From an uncultured cyanobacterium (lineage in GTDB: Bacteria; Cyanobacteriota; Cyanobacteriia; Cyanobacteriales; CAWCAG01): a DNA stretch of 64,000 bases. A model generated the notes under the pieces. The model was not told where the DNA came from. It worked only from the letters and a program-made list of their open reading frames with translations, and did not search any database. Within the stretch, counting starts at the first letter, position 1, and each line of letters opens with the position of its first letter. The stretch covers positions 448,001 through 512,000 of the forward strand of contig CAWCAG010000007.1 of NCBI GenBank assembly GCA_963793425.1, in the 5' to 3' direction. Positions 30,683 through 42,155 of the stretch are shown in pieces. Made by a program: the position numbers and the translations under genes.

Positions 30683-32175
30683 ATGAACGAAACCAAAATC
30701 AGCAACCGAGACTTATCTAAAATGTTATTAACTCTCGGTATTGGTATAACTCTGATTTACTTAGCTTTCCTTAAACCAGGAATTTGGGGTCATGATGGTA
30801 ATGATATGCTCCAAGTTTCCATCTCCTTGATCACTAAAGGAAGTTTTGCTTTACCAGATGGCTTGGGGGTGCAGGGGGCCGACGGACAATATTATTCTGT
30901 CCGCTATCCTTTGCTTTCTATTGTCGCTATACCTTTTACGGCGGTTGGTTTGGTTTTGGCTTCTGTTTTAGGCTTACCTGTTAATTATGTTGCCGGGGTT
31001 TGCGTCCTTGTTTTATCGGTGTTGTTAACGGCGGGGTGTGCAGTCTTTGTTGCCTTAATTGCTTTGCGGTTAGGAAGCAAGCTTAAGTTAGCTTACCTGG
31101 CTGCATTAAGTTATGCTTTTGGCACTGTAGCTTTAGTTTATTCACGAGAATTTTTTGCTGAACCTCTGCTTAGCTTCTTAACAGCGGCTAGCCTCTACTT
31201 AATTCTTGGTCAAAGCAGGCGATCCCAAGTTAGCGCCAGTTTAATTGGTGGATTAGCGATTACTGCTAAACCTGCTGCGGTGGTTATCGGCCCAGCACTT
31301 GCTATTTATTTATTTGCGAAAAAACGCCCTTGGTATCTAATTCTTGCTCCTTTAATTAGTACAGCTATGGGCATGGGGTTGTATTTTAGCTACAACTATC
31401 TCCGCTTTGGGGATTGGTTTTCTTCTGGGCAAGATGGTGGTCGCTTTGGCCCTGCGGGCTTTGGGCCGCGCCTATTTGGTCAATTATTCGGTTTTGGGGC
31501 AGGAGGGGGTTTGATTTGGTACTGTCCCCCGGTAATTTTGGCTGTGGTAGGTTTTTATCAAGCAGTTAAGCACAAGAAAACCTTAGAAGCTTTGGTTGTA
31601 GTGGCTGTCTTCTGTGGCTTTTGGTTGCTTCATGGCTTCTGGCGCTTTGAAGGTTGGAGCTGGGGCCTCGTTTTATTGTTCCTACTTTACCTGGATTAAT
31701 GGCTTTAGCCGCCTTAGCGGGTTATCGTTGGAAAAAAACCTTGCTAGCCCTTACCCTAATTGGTTTTTTAGCCAGCGCCCCTAGTTTAGTTTCCTTTTAC
31801 CAACGTCATTATGCTGAGGCATCGGATGCGGGTGTGATTAAAGAAGCTCTGGAGTTGTGGATTCCTCCGGCACAATCTCCCCTAATTCAATCCTGGGGGG
31901 CTGGTTATCGTCAAGTACAAGCTGGATTAAATAGCGATGTTGCCAATGTTCTTAAGGATGCTGGTGCGCCCCCTGCACCGGGAAGTTTAGCCACCTCACA
32001 ACTACTGCAAATAGTGGCTGTTTGGTGGTGGGTTTTACCTGCTGCTGGGATTCCTTTATGGATTGGTTTTTTGATAGCTATTCTGCTGGTTGCTGCTGGA
32101 GTTTGGTTGCTTTGGCAAGGTTGGGGGTATGTAAGTAAGAGCAAAGGTGCAAATAAAGATTTAACGCCGCTCTAA
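30683..32175 (+). pseudogene. Polytopic GT-C-like membrane protein split by a 1-bp deletion near 31662-31667 (possibly a sequencing error)
   Basis: Adding one base to TGGGGCCTCG joins the two ORFs through the motif GWSWGPRFIVP. Confidence 0.75.
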
Positions 32176-32991
32176 TAGCAAAGCATTCTGGTACAGTCGG
32201 ACTTCTTCGGTTACGGAGAGGATGTTGAAAAACGGTTCTAAAGTACGACGTAGATAATCTAGGTCATAAAATACATAGGAACTAGAAAACCGACCAATAG
32301 TAAACATATCAAAATCAGTATGACTAAACTGTTCATATTCTGGGAACCTATGCAGATTCTTGGCTAAGCTGGAATTTTTGTGTTTACCCTCAAGCAGAGA
32401 GATGTCGTTTTTGAGGTGAACTGTGACAAAAAGCTTACCGCCAGGACGTAAAATTCTTCTTAATTCGGCAAACCAGGTATCGGCTAAGTCATCAATATGA
32501 GAAAAAACTGACCCCGCATAGATAAATCCAAAGTAGTGATCTTCAAAGGGTAAGTGGGGGACAGTGGTGGTGGTGATGAAATGAAAAAGTGGGTTGAGGT
32601 TTTGCTTGCACCAAACGATTCGGTTGGCGTTGATATCTGTACCCCATATTTCATGTTCAGCAGCTAATTCTTCCAGGCAGCGAATCATCCTACCGTTGCC
32701 ACAACCAAAATCCAGGATATTGCCTAAAGAGCCAATGTCTACATCAGATTTACTGAGGATATCAAGCATCTGTTGCAAATCACGCTTACCAGAAGCAAGG
32801 TATTCTTCTGGTGTATTGCCGTACTTTTTACTAATCCACTGATTTCGGGGCGGGACAGTGTGGGCATTTGCTTCAGGAAATTTGGGTACTATGTAACAAG
32901 ATGAACCGGATTTATAAGGGAAAAAAGGAACCATAGTTCCCTTGTTACCTCGTAATTTAGCTTTGATGGCTTTGATCAGCTTGAGTTTCAA
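32161..32991 (-). CDS. Class I SAM-dependent methyltransferase
   Basis: ILDFGCGNGR, WGTDIN, LPF, SVFSH, LRPGG. Confidence 0.88.
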   Translation of the reverse strand: MKLKLIKAIKAKLRGNKGTMVPFFPYKSGSSCYIVPKFPEANAHTVPPRNQWISKKYGNTPEEYLASGKRDLQQMLDILSKSDVDIGSLGNILDFGCGNGRMIRCLEELAAEHEIWGTDINANRIVWCKQNLNPLFHFITTTTVPHLPFEDHYFGFIYAGSVFSHIDDLADTWFAELRRILRPGGKLFVTVHLKNDISLLEGKHKNSSLAKNLHRFPEYEQFSHTDFDMFTIGRFSSSYVFYDLDYLRRTLEPFFNILSVTEEVRLYQNALLLERR

Positions 32992-33157
32992 TTTTTAACC
33001 TACTTCTAGATGACTAACGACCTATTAGAGGTTAAACATAAACTTTCTATTTGCTCTCCTCATATAGAATGATATGTAGAATTTTCTGGGAATGACTAGT
33101 TGTATATAATTAAGAAATGTTAATTAACATTGAGAAGTCAATAGTTAGAAATTTTCA

Positions 33158-36124
33158 ATGCCAAATAATAATTATATTTTGCCTCAAGATGTAGATTTAA
33201 CCAATTGCGATCGCGAAGCTATTCATATACCGGGGCAAATTCAGCCCCACGGTATCCTTTTAGCCCTGGAAGAGCCTAGTTTAAGGATTTTACAGGCGAG
33301 TAGCAACACAGAGCAGTTGTGGGGAGTTGCTGCTTCGGCTTTGATTGGTCAATATTTAGATTTTATTTTGGCTTCAGAAAATATCAGTACTTTAAAGTAC
33401 TGTTTAGAACAAGAAGATATCGAAGCTAATAATCCTCTTGTTTTGCAGGTTAAGCTCGGCAAGCAAAATTTCACTTACGAAAGTATTATTCATCGTCATC
33501 AGGGAATTTTGATTTTAGAACTAGAACCTATTTCCTTGCCTGAGCGCGAGTCAAATTTGGGCTTTTATCAACTTATTAAAACCGCTTTAGTTGCGATTAG
33601 AAAAGCAAGAAGCTTCTCAGAAGCAACCAAATTTTTAGCCCAAGAAGTAAGGAAAATAACTGGTTTTGACCGAGTGATGGTTTATCGCTTTGAACCGGAT
33701 AATAGCGGTGTTGTGGTTGCAGAAGCAAAAAGAGCAGGATTAGAACCCTATTTGCATTTACATTATCCTGCTTCTGATATTCCTAAGCAAGCGAGAAAAC
33801 TTTATTATAATAATTGGTTACGTTTAATTGTTGATATTAATTATCAACCTGCTGAGCTTATTCCGCCCCATAATCCCCTTACCAATGAACCCTTAGATTT
33901 AAGCCATTCGGTATTGAGGAGTGTTTCCTCTTTACATCGGGAATATTTACAGAATATGGGAGTGGGTGCTTCCTGTAGCATTTCTCTAATTAATGAACAA
34001 AAACTTTGGGGCTTAATTGCTTGCCATCATTATGCCCCCAAGTATATAGACTATGAAAGCAGAAAAGCTTGTGAATTTCTGGGGCAGTTGATGTCTGTCT
34101 CTTTGGTAAATAAGCAAAAGGAAGATTTTCAGGTCTATCAACAACAAATCAAATCATTACAAAAGAAATTTCGGGAAATTACTTCTAACCAAGATGGTTT
34201 TCATCGTGAGTTATTAACTACCAGTGACCAGAGTTTATTAGAATTAGTTGATGCCCAGGGGTCCGCTATTTTGTTAGATGGAAATTTAACTTTATTAGGA
34301 CAAACTCCCCAGCGAGAGCAAGTTGAGCAATTAATTACTTGGCTGCAAGAATCTGCTCAACCAGAAATATTTTTTACCAGTTGCCTGAGCAAAGACTATC
34401 CCCCAGCAGCAGCCTTTATAGCGGAAGCTAGTGGTTTACTGGCCATTTCTTTAGTCGTTAAGCAAATGTCCTACCATCTTCTTTGGTTTCGGACAGAATA
34501 TATTCATACCGTTGACTGGGCCGGAAATCCTGATAAACCAGTAACTCTTGATGATCATGGTGGCTTGACTTTAGTACCTCGTAAATCATTTGAGTTGTGG
34601 CAAGAAACAGTTAAAAATCAGTCTTTGCCTTGGCAACAAATCGAAATTGATGCAGCCCAGGAATTTAGAAACACTTTACTCCTTGCTGCTTTGAAATTCT
34701 CCCAAGAAGCCTTAGAAAAAACTGTCCAAGAAGCAGAAGTTGCTAACCAGGCGAAGAGTCAGTTTCTCGCCAAAATGAGTCATGAGTTACGTACTCCCCT
34801 CAATGCGATTTTGGGCTTTAGCCAAATAATGAACAAAAACGATAGTTTATCTGTTGTACAAAAAGAGCATTTAGGGATTATTAATCGTAGTGGTGAACAT
34901 CTTTTGACACTCATTGATGATGTCTTAAATATGTCCAAAATTGAAGCTGGCAGAGTTACTCTTAACCAAAATAGCTTTGACTTGTTGAGAATGCTCCATA
35001 GTTTGGAGGAAATGGTCGAACTAAAAGCTGATGCCCAAAGAATAAAACTGGAATTTAGCTTAGCTGCGGATTTATGTCGATATATTCACACTGACGAAAG
35101 TAAGTTGCGCCAAGTGTTGCTTAACTTACTAGGCAACGCCATTAAATTTACTCACCAAGGACAAGTTACCTTACAAGTAGAGAATGTCTCTCCAGAGACA
35201 AGTTCCCACCAACTTTTAGCATTTTCTGTAACTGATACCGGGCTTGGTATTGCCTCAGCAGAATTAGACCAACTATTTGACCCTTTCGCTCAAACAGAAA
35301 CAGGGCGTAAATCCATGGAAGGGACAGGTTTAGGATTACCGATTAGTCAACAATTTGTGCGCTTATTAGGGGGAGAAATTGAAGTTAGTAGTTTTGTGGG
35401 CAAAGGGAGTACTTTTCGCTTCGTCATTCCTGTTTCAGAAGTTAGTGAAACCGAAGTAGAAACCACCGAAACCAAAGAGGTAATTGCTTTAGCCCCAGGT
35501 CAACCTCAATATCGTATTTTAGTTATAGAAGACGTTCCAGAAAACCTGCAACTAATCAGGGAAATTCTCACACCGTTGGGTTTTGCCCTTCGTGAAGCCA
35601 AAAATGGTCAAGAAGGAGTGGATGTGTGGAAAACGTGGCAACCCCAGCTAATTTTAATGGACATGGAAATGCCAGTTATGAACGGCTATGAAGCCACCAA
35701 ACGCATCAAAAGTACCCCTGAAGGCCAAGACACGATCATCATCTCCCTCACTGCCAGCGCTTTTGAGGAACAAAGAGCAGATATTTTAGCAACCGGGTGT
35801 AATGACTTTCTGCGTAAACCTTTCCAGGAAAGCGTGTTACTACAAAAAATTAACCGCTATTTAGGAGTAGATTACCTTTATGCCGAAGCCAATGAACAAA
35901 GTAGCAACTCCTCCAGCCAAAGCCTGACCCCCCAAGACCTACAAGCTATGCCAAAACAGTGGCGAGAACAGTTACAAATAGCAGCCTTGTCTATGGATGA
36001 AGAACAACTCTGGGAACTTATTGAGCAAATTCCCCCCTCTGAAGCTAATCTTGTCAAAAGCTTAACAGACTTGATTAATAACTTCCGGTTCGACATAATA
36101 ACTGAATATACTGAGCAAAACTAG
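33158..36124 (+). CDS. Bacteriophytochrome-type (CphB-like) hybrid kinase: PAS-GAF-PHY-HisKA-HATPase-REC
   Basis: DLTNCDREAIHIPG, PASDIPKQAR, SSLHREYL, tongue PRKSF, SHELRTPLN, REC LMDMEMP. Confidence 0.92.
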   Translation: MPNNNYILPQDVDLTNCDREAIHIPGQIQPHGILLALEEPSLRILQASSNTEQLWGVAASALIGQYLDFILASENISTLKYCLEQEDIEANNPLVLQVKLGKQNFTYESIIHRHQGILILELEPISLPERESNLGFYQLIKTALVAIRKARSFSEATKFLAQEVRKITGFDRVMVYRFEPDNSGVVVAEAKRAGLEPYLHLHYPASDIPKQARKLYYNNWLRLIVDINYQPAELIPPHNPLTNEPLDLSHSVLRSVSSLHREYLQNMGVGASCSISLINEQKLWGLIACHHYAPKYIDYESRKACEFLGQLMSVSLVNKQKEDFQVYQQQIKSLQKKFREITSNQDGFHRELLTTSDQSLLELVDAQGSAILLDGNLTLLGQTPQREQVEQLITWLQESAQPEIFFTSCLSKDYPPAAAFIAEASGLLAISLVVKQMSYHLLWFRTEYIHTVDWAGNPDKPVTLDDHGGLTLVPRKSFELWQETVKNQSLPWQQIEIDAAQEFRNTLLLAALKFSQEALEKTVQEAEVANQAKSQFLAKMSHELRTPLNAILGFSQIMNKNDSLSVVQKEHLGIINRSGEHLLTLIDDVLNMSKIEAGRVTLNQNSFDLLRMLHSLEEMVELKADAQRIKLEFSLAADLCRYIHTDESKLRQVLLNLLGNAIKFTHQGQVTLQVENVSPETSSHQLLAFSVTDTGLGIASAELDQLFDPFAQTETGRKSMEGTGLGLPISQQFVRLLGGEIEVSSFVGKGSTFRFVIPVSEVSETEVETTETKEVIALAPGQPQYRILVIEDVPENLQLIREILTPLGFALREAKNGQEGVDVWKTWQPQLILMDMEMPVMNGYEATKRIKSTPEGQDTIIISLTASAFEEQRADILATGCNDFLRKPFQESVLLQKINRYLGVDYLYAEANEQSSNSSSQSLTPQDLQAMPKQWREQLQIAALSMDEEQLWELIEQIPPSEANLVKSLTDLINNFRFDIITEYTEQN

Positions 36125-36309
36125 GTGCATTTCATAAAAATATATAGAATTTGACAACAAAGAATTTAATTAATATGGCTGACAGTGGGCTTTATGAAGC
36201 AAAGAAACGAGGTGGAAATTATATTTTTTCTGGACAGTTAATGTCAATTTGCCAAGGGAATTAGGGAATTTAATAGCACAGGTTATTTGTGAGGGCAGGT
36301 AGTAGAAAG

Positions 36310-36882
36310 TTAAAAAATCTCTGCTAACTCTAAAACAAATCCTGGTAAAACACCCTCACCAGACACAGTAACAGGAGATTGCAGAATTTCCACCTTTTGC
36401 CCTGGGCGATATACTTCTACAACTTGACGTTGGGGATCTATTAACCAACCCAACCTTGCACCGTTTGCCATATATTCTTCTAATTTAGCCCTCGTCTTGG
36501 CTAAAGTATCGCTTTTAGACCGTAACTCCACCACAAAATCAGGACAGAGAGGCACAAAAGCCTCTTTTTGCTGTGTAGTAAGAGCATCCCAGCGTTCCAT
36601 CTTAACCCAGGAAGCATCAGGAGAACGGTTTGCACCATTGGGAAGTTGAAATCCTGTAGAAGAATCAAAAACCTTACCCAGTCTTTCTAAACGATTCCAA
36701 GCCTTAAGTTGGTAGGTTAAATCAGCATTGCGATCGCCTGTTAGCCCACCTGTTGGGGACATAATAATTAATTCTCCTGTCACTGTACGTTCAAATTGTA
36801 AATCCTGATGCTTTTGACACAATTGGAAGAATTGTTCTTCAGTGAGGGGAATTTCTAGCTGTAAAGGAGAAGGCAATAGCAT
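36310..36882 (-). CDS. Uma2 family endonuclease-fold protein
   Basis: GELIIMSP, RSPDASW, PDFVVELRS, GARLGWLIDP. Confidence 0.92.
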   Translation of the reverse strand: MLLPSPLQLEIPLTEEQFFQLCQKHQDLQFERTVTGELIIMSPTGGLTGDRNADLTYQLKAWNRLERLGKVFDSSTGFQLPNGANRSPDASWVKMERWDALTTQQKEAFVPLCPDFVVELRSKSDTLAKTRAKLEEYMANGARLGWLIDPQRQVVEVYRPGQKVEILQSPVTVSGEGVLPGFVLELAEIF

Positions 36883-36974
36883 TTATACTAAATCCTGTTT
36901 AAATAGCATAAGTTATCCTCGCTATTAGTTTAACAATAACCTTCCCCATCTACCCATCTACCCAGCAAAAAAAG

Positions 36975-39900
36975 CTACCCTTTAATTTCCTGAATAGGAA
37001 TCCTAATTTCAAAAATTGTTCCTTGACCAACTTGAGAATGACATAACAAATTACCGCCGTGCTTTTCCACAATAATTTGATAGCTGATCGCCAAACCTAG
37101 TCCTGTACCTTTACCAATCGCTTTGGTAGTAAAGAAAGGATCAAAAATGGAGTTGACAATTGACTCTGGCATACCCATGCCGTTATCGCTTATTTCTATC
37201 ACTGCTTGGAGATTTTCTTCGAGTTCCTTGGGTTTTCCTAATCTTGTCGCAATAATAATTTCACCATTGCACCTCTCCAGTGTTTCTGCTTCTGTTGCCT
37301 CTTCAATAGCATCAATAGCGTTGCTGAGGATATTCATAAATACTTGATTAAGTTGCCCTGCATAACAGTCTATTTCCGGCAGCTTGCCATAATCTTTAAC
37401 TATATCTATGCAAGGATAGTTTGGTCTAGCTTTTAAGCGATGTTGCAAAATTAGTAAAGTGCTATCAATACCCTCATGTAAATTAACTTTTTTCCTTTCA
37501 GCTTTGTCATGGTGAGAAAAATTACGCAGAGATAAGACCATTTGCCTAATACGCTCTGCCCCAACCTTAAGAGAATCAATAACTTTGGGTAAATCTTTTT
37601 CTACAAAGTCTAAATCAATAACTTCAATTTGCTCTGCTATTTGGGAAGTTGGTTGTGGATAAGCAGTTTTATAGAGATGCAATAGTTTCAGTAAGTCGCA
37701 GGAATAGGATTTTAAATGGTTAAGGTTACCGTAAATAAAATTAACCGGATTATTAATTTCATGGGCAACTCCTGCGACTAACTGCCCTAAGCTAGACATT
37801 TTCTCTGATTGGATTATATGTGCCTGTGCCTGTCGCAAATCTTCTAAGGCTTTGGCTAACTTTTCTGTTTGCTGTTGGGCTTGAAATAAAAGAGAGCTTT
37901 GCTGTAAAGCAACTCCTAAATGAGTAGCAATTTGTTGGGCAAACCTGATTTCAGAATCTTCCCATTCCCTGATTTTTTGGCATTGATGGATGCAAAGTAA
38001 TCCCCATAATTTGTCCCTTTTTAGGAGAGGGACAGCTAGATTAGCTCGCACTTGAAACTGTTCTAATATTTGTAAATGGCAGTTACTCAAAGCAGCATCG
38101 TTAATATCGGCAACAGCATGATATCTTCCATCTTGGTATTCTTGAGCATATTGCTCAGCAAAACATTCATCGTGAACTTTAATGGCCAACACTGAAGAAA
38201 AAGCCGACTTAACATCTTCAGAAACAAACTTTCCTTCGCTCCAACCCGAAGCCCCAAAGCGGAATACGGCTACCCTGTCAGCATCTAAGAGGGCGCGTAC
38301 TTCCTTGGTGGCTGTTTGGAAGATTGTTTCTAAATCCAAAGATTCCCTGATCTTACTAATTACCCTAAAGAGAGACTGTCGCTTTTCCGCTGCTTTTTTG
38401 AGTTGTCGGGCTTTTTCTTTAGAAGCTTGTGCCGCTACTAAACTTTGTTGGTAAAGCTCCCCTTGGTTAATAGCAACAGCCGCTTGATCTGCTAGCTGTT
38501 GCAACAGGTCAATTTCTGAATCTTGCCAAACTCTCGTACTTTTACACTCGTGGGCAATGAGTAAGCCCCATAACAAGTCTCCCGTTTGTACTGGTACAAC
38601 TAAGTTAGCTTTAACTTGCAAACTGCGGAGAAAGGCTTGATGTTGTGGGTTTAATTCTTCTTGGGAAACATCGTTCATCGCCCTCACTCTACCTACGTGG
38701 GAGTGAAAGTATCCTGCTTCGCAATCAAAAAACTCTTGGGGAACTTTGCTGCCTAAAGCAGAGGGCCAATTTTCATCAACTTCTTCGGCAATAACTTCTA
38801 CTTGCAACTCATCATTAAGTTGATAAATAGCTACTCGATCTGTATTTAATAAAGCCCTTACCTCCCGCACCAAAATTTCTAAGGTAGTCTTAACATCCAA
38901 GGTGCTACGAATTTGGTTAGTAACTCGCTTCAGGGCATTTTGCAGATTTAAGGACTTTTGCAATTGAGCAGTACGCTCTTGAACTTGCTTTTCTAGGTTG
39001 CTATTAAGAGACTGTACTTGTTGATAAAGTTGGTTTTGTTGAATGGCCGTAACAAAGGAACGGCTTAAAGCTTGGGCTAAGATTAGATCTTCCGTTGTCC
39101 ATTCCTGGGCCTGACCTTTTTTTAGTTCTCGCCAAGCTTCAAAAGAAAGTCGGGGCAGAGCTTGTTTTTGGCTGGGGTCAAAACGTCCTGCCCAAAGAGT
39201 TTCTGTGTCTATTTCATCCCGGAATATGGTCAAGCTGCCAACCAAACTGGCACGATAGTAAAGAGGAATAGCCAATAAGCCACGAATCTGGGTTGAGGTG
39301 AAAGCTTGGCTTAATACTCGTAACTTAGGGTCTTTATAAAGGTCTACAACAGTAACTGGTTCTAAGTTCTCCCCTTCAGTCTGCCGAAAAAGGAAACTTT
39401 GCCAAACAGGATGTTCTTCCAGGGGGGTTTCTGGCTGGTGGTGAATAAGAGTTTGTGGTTGACTTCCCCAGGTATGTACCGCGCTGCCGAGGTTTTGCCC
39501 TGAAGCAGCAATATGTACTCTACCCCCGGAACCTTTCAAAGCAAGTACAGTTTCTTCTAAAGCTTCTTCTATCTCCATTGTTGGTAGAGAATGAAGTAGG
39601 GTTGAGATACGGTTTATAGTAACTTGCCGCTTAGCTTGCTCTCTGGTAGTGCTGAGAAGAGTTGATTCTGCGATCGCCATACTTACTTGATCAGCCACCC
39701 ATTGAAGAACTTCTAATTCCGGGAGGTTTATTTCCCGCGCTTGGCTGTGGTGAGAAATTAATAGTCCCCAGAGAGCATGGTTTTTCCTGCCTACTGTTTT
39801 ATTGAGCTGTAGGGGCAGTACCACAGATGATTGTACTCCCATTGCTCGGAGGTATTCTAAGTGGCAAGCATCTACTCGACGATAAATAATTGTTTCTTCT

Positions 39901-40277
39901 TCGGAAAGGGTTTTTGCTGGTCTATTGCTGAAACCGACAGAACCAGAGGCGACATCGGTAATGGCCCGCACTCCCAATTTAATAAAGAGTTCCCTTACTC
40001 GCTGGGGAATATCATCAGCAGGAAAATTTAGTCCGGCTAAAGAAGGTAAGCGATCGCTATCTCTCGATTCGGCAATAACTTTGCCGCTACCATCTTGATT
40101 AAAACGATAGATCATGACTCTATCTGTTTTGAGAACGTGGCGCACTTCAGCTACTGTGGCCCGCAAAATTTCTGACAATTCTAAAGATTGTCGAATATGC
40201 CGAGTAACTCGTTGAAATAAAGCTACTTTTTTTGTTTGTGCTAACTCAGATTTCACTCTGTCATTTGTTAAATACAT
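36975..40277 (-). CDS. Knotless phytochrome/cyanobacteriochrome histidine kinase (GAF-PHY-GAF-GAF-HisKA-HATPase)
   Basis: [15 protein letters not shown], tongue PRLSF, fourth GAF with DECF and NCHLQIL, AHEINNP, GTGLGL. Confidence 0.9.
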   Translation of the reverse strand: MYLTNDRVKSELAQTKKVALFQRVTRHIRQSLELSEILRATVAEVRHVLKTDRVMIYRFNQDGSGKVIAESRDSDRLPSLAGLNFPADDIPQRVRELFIKLGVRAITDVASGSVGFSNRPAKTLSEEETIIYRRVDACHLEYLRAMGVQSSVVLPLQLNKTVGRKNHALWGLLISHHSQAREINLPELEVLQWVADQVSMAIAESTLLSTTREQAKRQVTINRISTLLHSLPTMEIEEALEETVLALKGSGGRVHIAASGQNLGSAVHTWGSQPQTLIHHQPETPLEEHPVWQSFLFRQTEGENLEPVTVVDLYKDPKLRVLSQAFTSTQIRGLLAIPLYYRASLVGSLTIFRDEIDTETLWAGRFDPSQKQALPRLSFEAWRELKKGQAQEWTTEDLILAQALSRSFVTAIQQNQLYQQVQSLNSNLEKQVQERTAQLQKSLNLQNALKRVTNQIRSTLDVKTTLEILVREVRALLNTDRVAIYQLNDELQVEVIAEEVDENWPSALGSKVPQEFFDCEAGYFHSHVGRVRAMNDVSQEELNPQHQAFLRSLQVKANLVVPVQTGDLLWGLLIAHECKSTRVWQDSEIDLLQQLADQAAVAINQGELYQQSLVAAQASKEKARQLKKAAEKRQSLFRVISKIRESLDLETIFQTATKEVRALLDADRVAVFRFGASGWSEGKFVSEDVKSAFSSVLAIKVHDECFAEQYAQEYQDGRYHAVADINDAALSNCHLQILEQFQVRANLAVPLLKRDKLWGLLCIHQCQKIREWEDSEIRFAQQIATHLGVALQQSSLLFQAQQQTEKLAKALEDLRQAQAHIIQSEKMSSLGQLVAGVAHEINNPVNFIYGNLNHLKSYSCDLLKLLHLYKTAYPQPTSQIAEQIEVIDLDFVEKDLPKVIDSLKVGAERIRQMVLSLRNFSHHDKAERKKVNLHEGIDSTLLILQHRLKARPNYPCIDIVKDYGKLPEIDCYAGQLNQVFMNILSNAIDAIEEATEAETLERCNGEIIIATRLGKPKELEENLQAVIEISDNGMGMPESIVNSIFDPFFTTKAIGKGTGLGLAISYQIIVEKHGGNLLCHSQVGQGTIFEIRIPIQEIKG

Positions 40278-40640
40278 TTTTATTTACCCAACGGATAAAT
40301 AGGGAACTATTATCAATCTCCACATTGACTAAATATTCTCATCTTTTTGCCTAGTTCAGGACTTCTAAGTAGCACACCAAAAATGTGTCTGAATTTTAGG
40401 AGATTGAAATCATTTTGACATAAAAATTAATAAATCTTTTATTAATAGATAACCATTATATCAGATTGTTCAAAATGCTGGCTCCTATACCTTGAAAGTA
40501 TCTAGTAAAGGCGATCCCCAATACTTATCTTTATAGCTTTCTTCAATAAATATTCCCTATTTGTGAGTAATATAAACTTATTTTAACTACTTATTTTCAG
40601 AGCTAGATTTTCTACTCAAAGAGCAATTATACTTAGGGGA

Positions 40641-40668
40641 AGGGAGTAGAGAGTAGGGAGTAGGGAGT
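40641..40668. repeat. Heptamer tandem repeat (AGGGAGT)4, one copy imperfect
   Basis: AGGGAGT AGAGAGT AGGGAGT AGGGAGT. Confidence 0.8.
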
Positions 40669-40742
40669 GGTAACATTTAAGTTCTTATTAATAAGCTTAA
40701 TGCAAAAACTTGTTCACTCCGCCTCGCCTTAAGCCTGGGTAT

Positions 40743-42083
40743 TTAACTCAGTAGCTTCTGCCAACTTTCTTCGCCAAAAATCCCTTCATCAGGCAAATCA
40801 TGTTCCCTTTGAAATTTGCTTACTACCTCACCTGTAGTTTGATTGTATTCCCCTTCAGGTTCGATACCCAAGCGATATTGGACGTATTGTACTGCCGGAC
40901 CATCAGCGTGATTAACTCGGAGTCTAGGTTGTTCTAAGACAGCTTCTAAGGCATCCCAAGTTGCTGCACCTGCGGCTTTAAAATCCCCTAACCCGACTAT
41001 TTCGTTAAATTGGCAGATGGCAGACTCAGTAGCAGCATCTAATACGCCGTTTTCTGGTAGAGATTGACCTTTGTGATCTTTAAATTGCAACTTGTTGAGA
41101 GATTTTTGTAGTTGTAAAATAGTTTCATCAACCTCAGAAGTGGTTTGAAACTCAGCGAGGGTAACTTCTGGTTGTTCAGCAGAAGTGAGGAAATTAGCGA
41201 CACTTTCCTCTTGTTCTAAACCTGGTACTAATTCTGCAACCATAAATTCATCTGCTTCAACATTCAAGCTACTGCTACTCACTGCTGTCGGATTTTGACC
41301 AGTTAAACCTCTAACAATGGCATTAGCCATAGCTTCAGCATTAAAAATATTCATGTCTTGCCGAGAATCAAGGAAACAGCATTCAATCAGAATAGCTGGC
41401 ATATTAGTATTTTTCACCACATATAAATGGGAGCCATTTTTCACCCTGCGGTTCACAAAACCCAAACTAACAATGTTATTTAAAACAGGTTGAGCAACTC
41501 TTTTTGCTGCATCGCTAACAGCAAAAACTTCTGTACCGTTGGCTTTACCATTGAAAGCATTAAAATGGATAGAAACGTAGTAATTCACCTTCTGAGCATT
41601 AGCCGTTTGTACCCTCCTCCTCAAAGAGTCAATAACGCTGTAAGCTCTTGAAGGAGTGCAACTAATAGCGGTGTGACCAAGATTCCTTAACTTACTAATA
41701 ACCCGATAACCAACTTCTCTAGTTAAAGTATCTTCAACAGCAATTCCCCTCGCCCCTGTATCGGGAGGAGCATTATGACCCATATCAATACCAAATTTCA
41801 GTCTGGATGCTTGAGGCTTAATAGTTGCTGCATTAGCCGTTAAAGGTTTGCCATCACGCCATATTTCTACGTGGCCAGCATAGGCATACCAAGTATTTAA
41901 ACCATTAAAACTTGTTTCTGCTAAAGCTACCTTAATATGACTTCCTTCCTTTTTCCAACTATGTAAAACTAGTTCCGCACCGCCATTGATGTTGTACTTA
42001 AGCTTAGGATCTTTGATCTGGCTGCTATCAACGGGTTGTTGTTTGAGAATAGTATCGACAAGAATTTTGAGAGTATAAACCAT
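40743..42083 (-). CDS. N-acetylmuramoyl-L-alanine amidase (Amidase_3) with an N-terminal extra domain and C-terminal PG-binding repeats
   Basis: IDMGHN, EDT, SIHFNA, LIECCF Zn and catalytic residues; LQKSLN and DEGIFGEESW; ATG at 42083. Confidence 0.9.
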   Translation of the reverse strand: MVYTLKILVDTILKQQPVDSSQIKDPKLKYNINGGAELVLHSWKKEGSHIKVALAETSFNGLNTWYAYAGHVEIWRDGKPLTANAATIKPQASRLKFGIDMGHNAPPDTGARGIAVEDTLTREVGYRVISKLRNLGHTAISCTPSRAYSVIDSLRRRVQTANAQKVNYYVSIHFNAFNGKANGTEVFAVSDAAKRVAQPVLNNIVSLGFVNRRVKNGSHLYVVKNTNMPAILIECCFLDSRQDMNIFNAEAMANAIVRGLTGQNPTAVSSSSLNVEADEFMVAELVPGLEQEESVANFLTSAEQPEVTLAEFQTTSEVDETILQLQKSLNKLQFKDHKGQSLPENGVLDAATESAICQFNEIVGLGDFKAAGAATWDALEAVLEQPRLRVNHADGPAVQYVQYRLGIEPEGEYNQTTGEVVSKFQREHDLPDEGIFGEESWQKLLS

Positions 42084-42155
42084 ATCAGTTATCAATTATC
42101 AGTTATTCAGTTATAAAGCAGGAAGCAAATTCAATAATTATCAATTGTTAAATGC

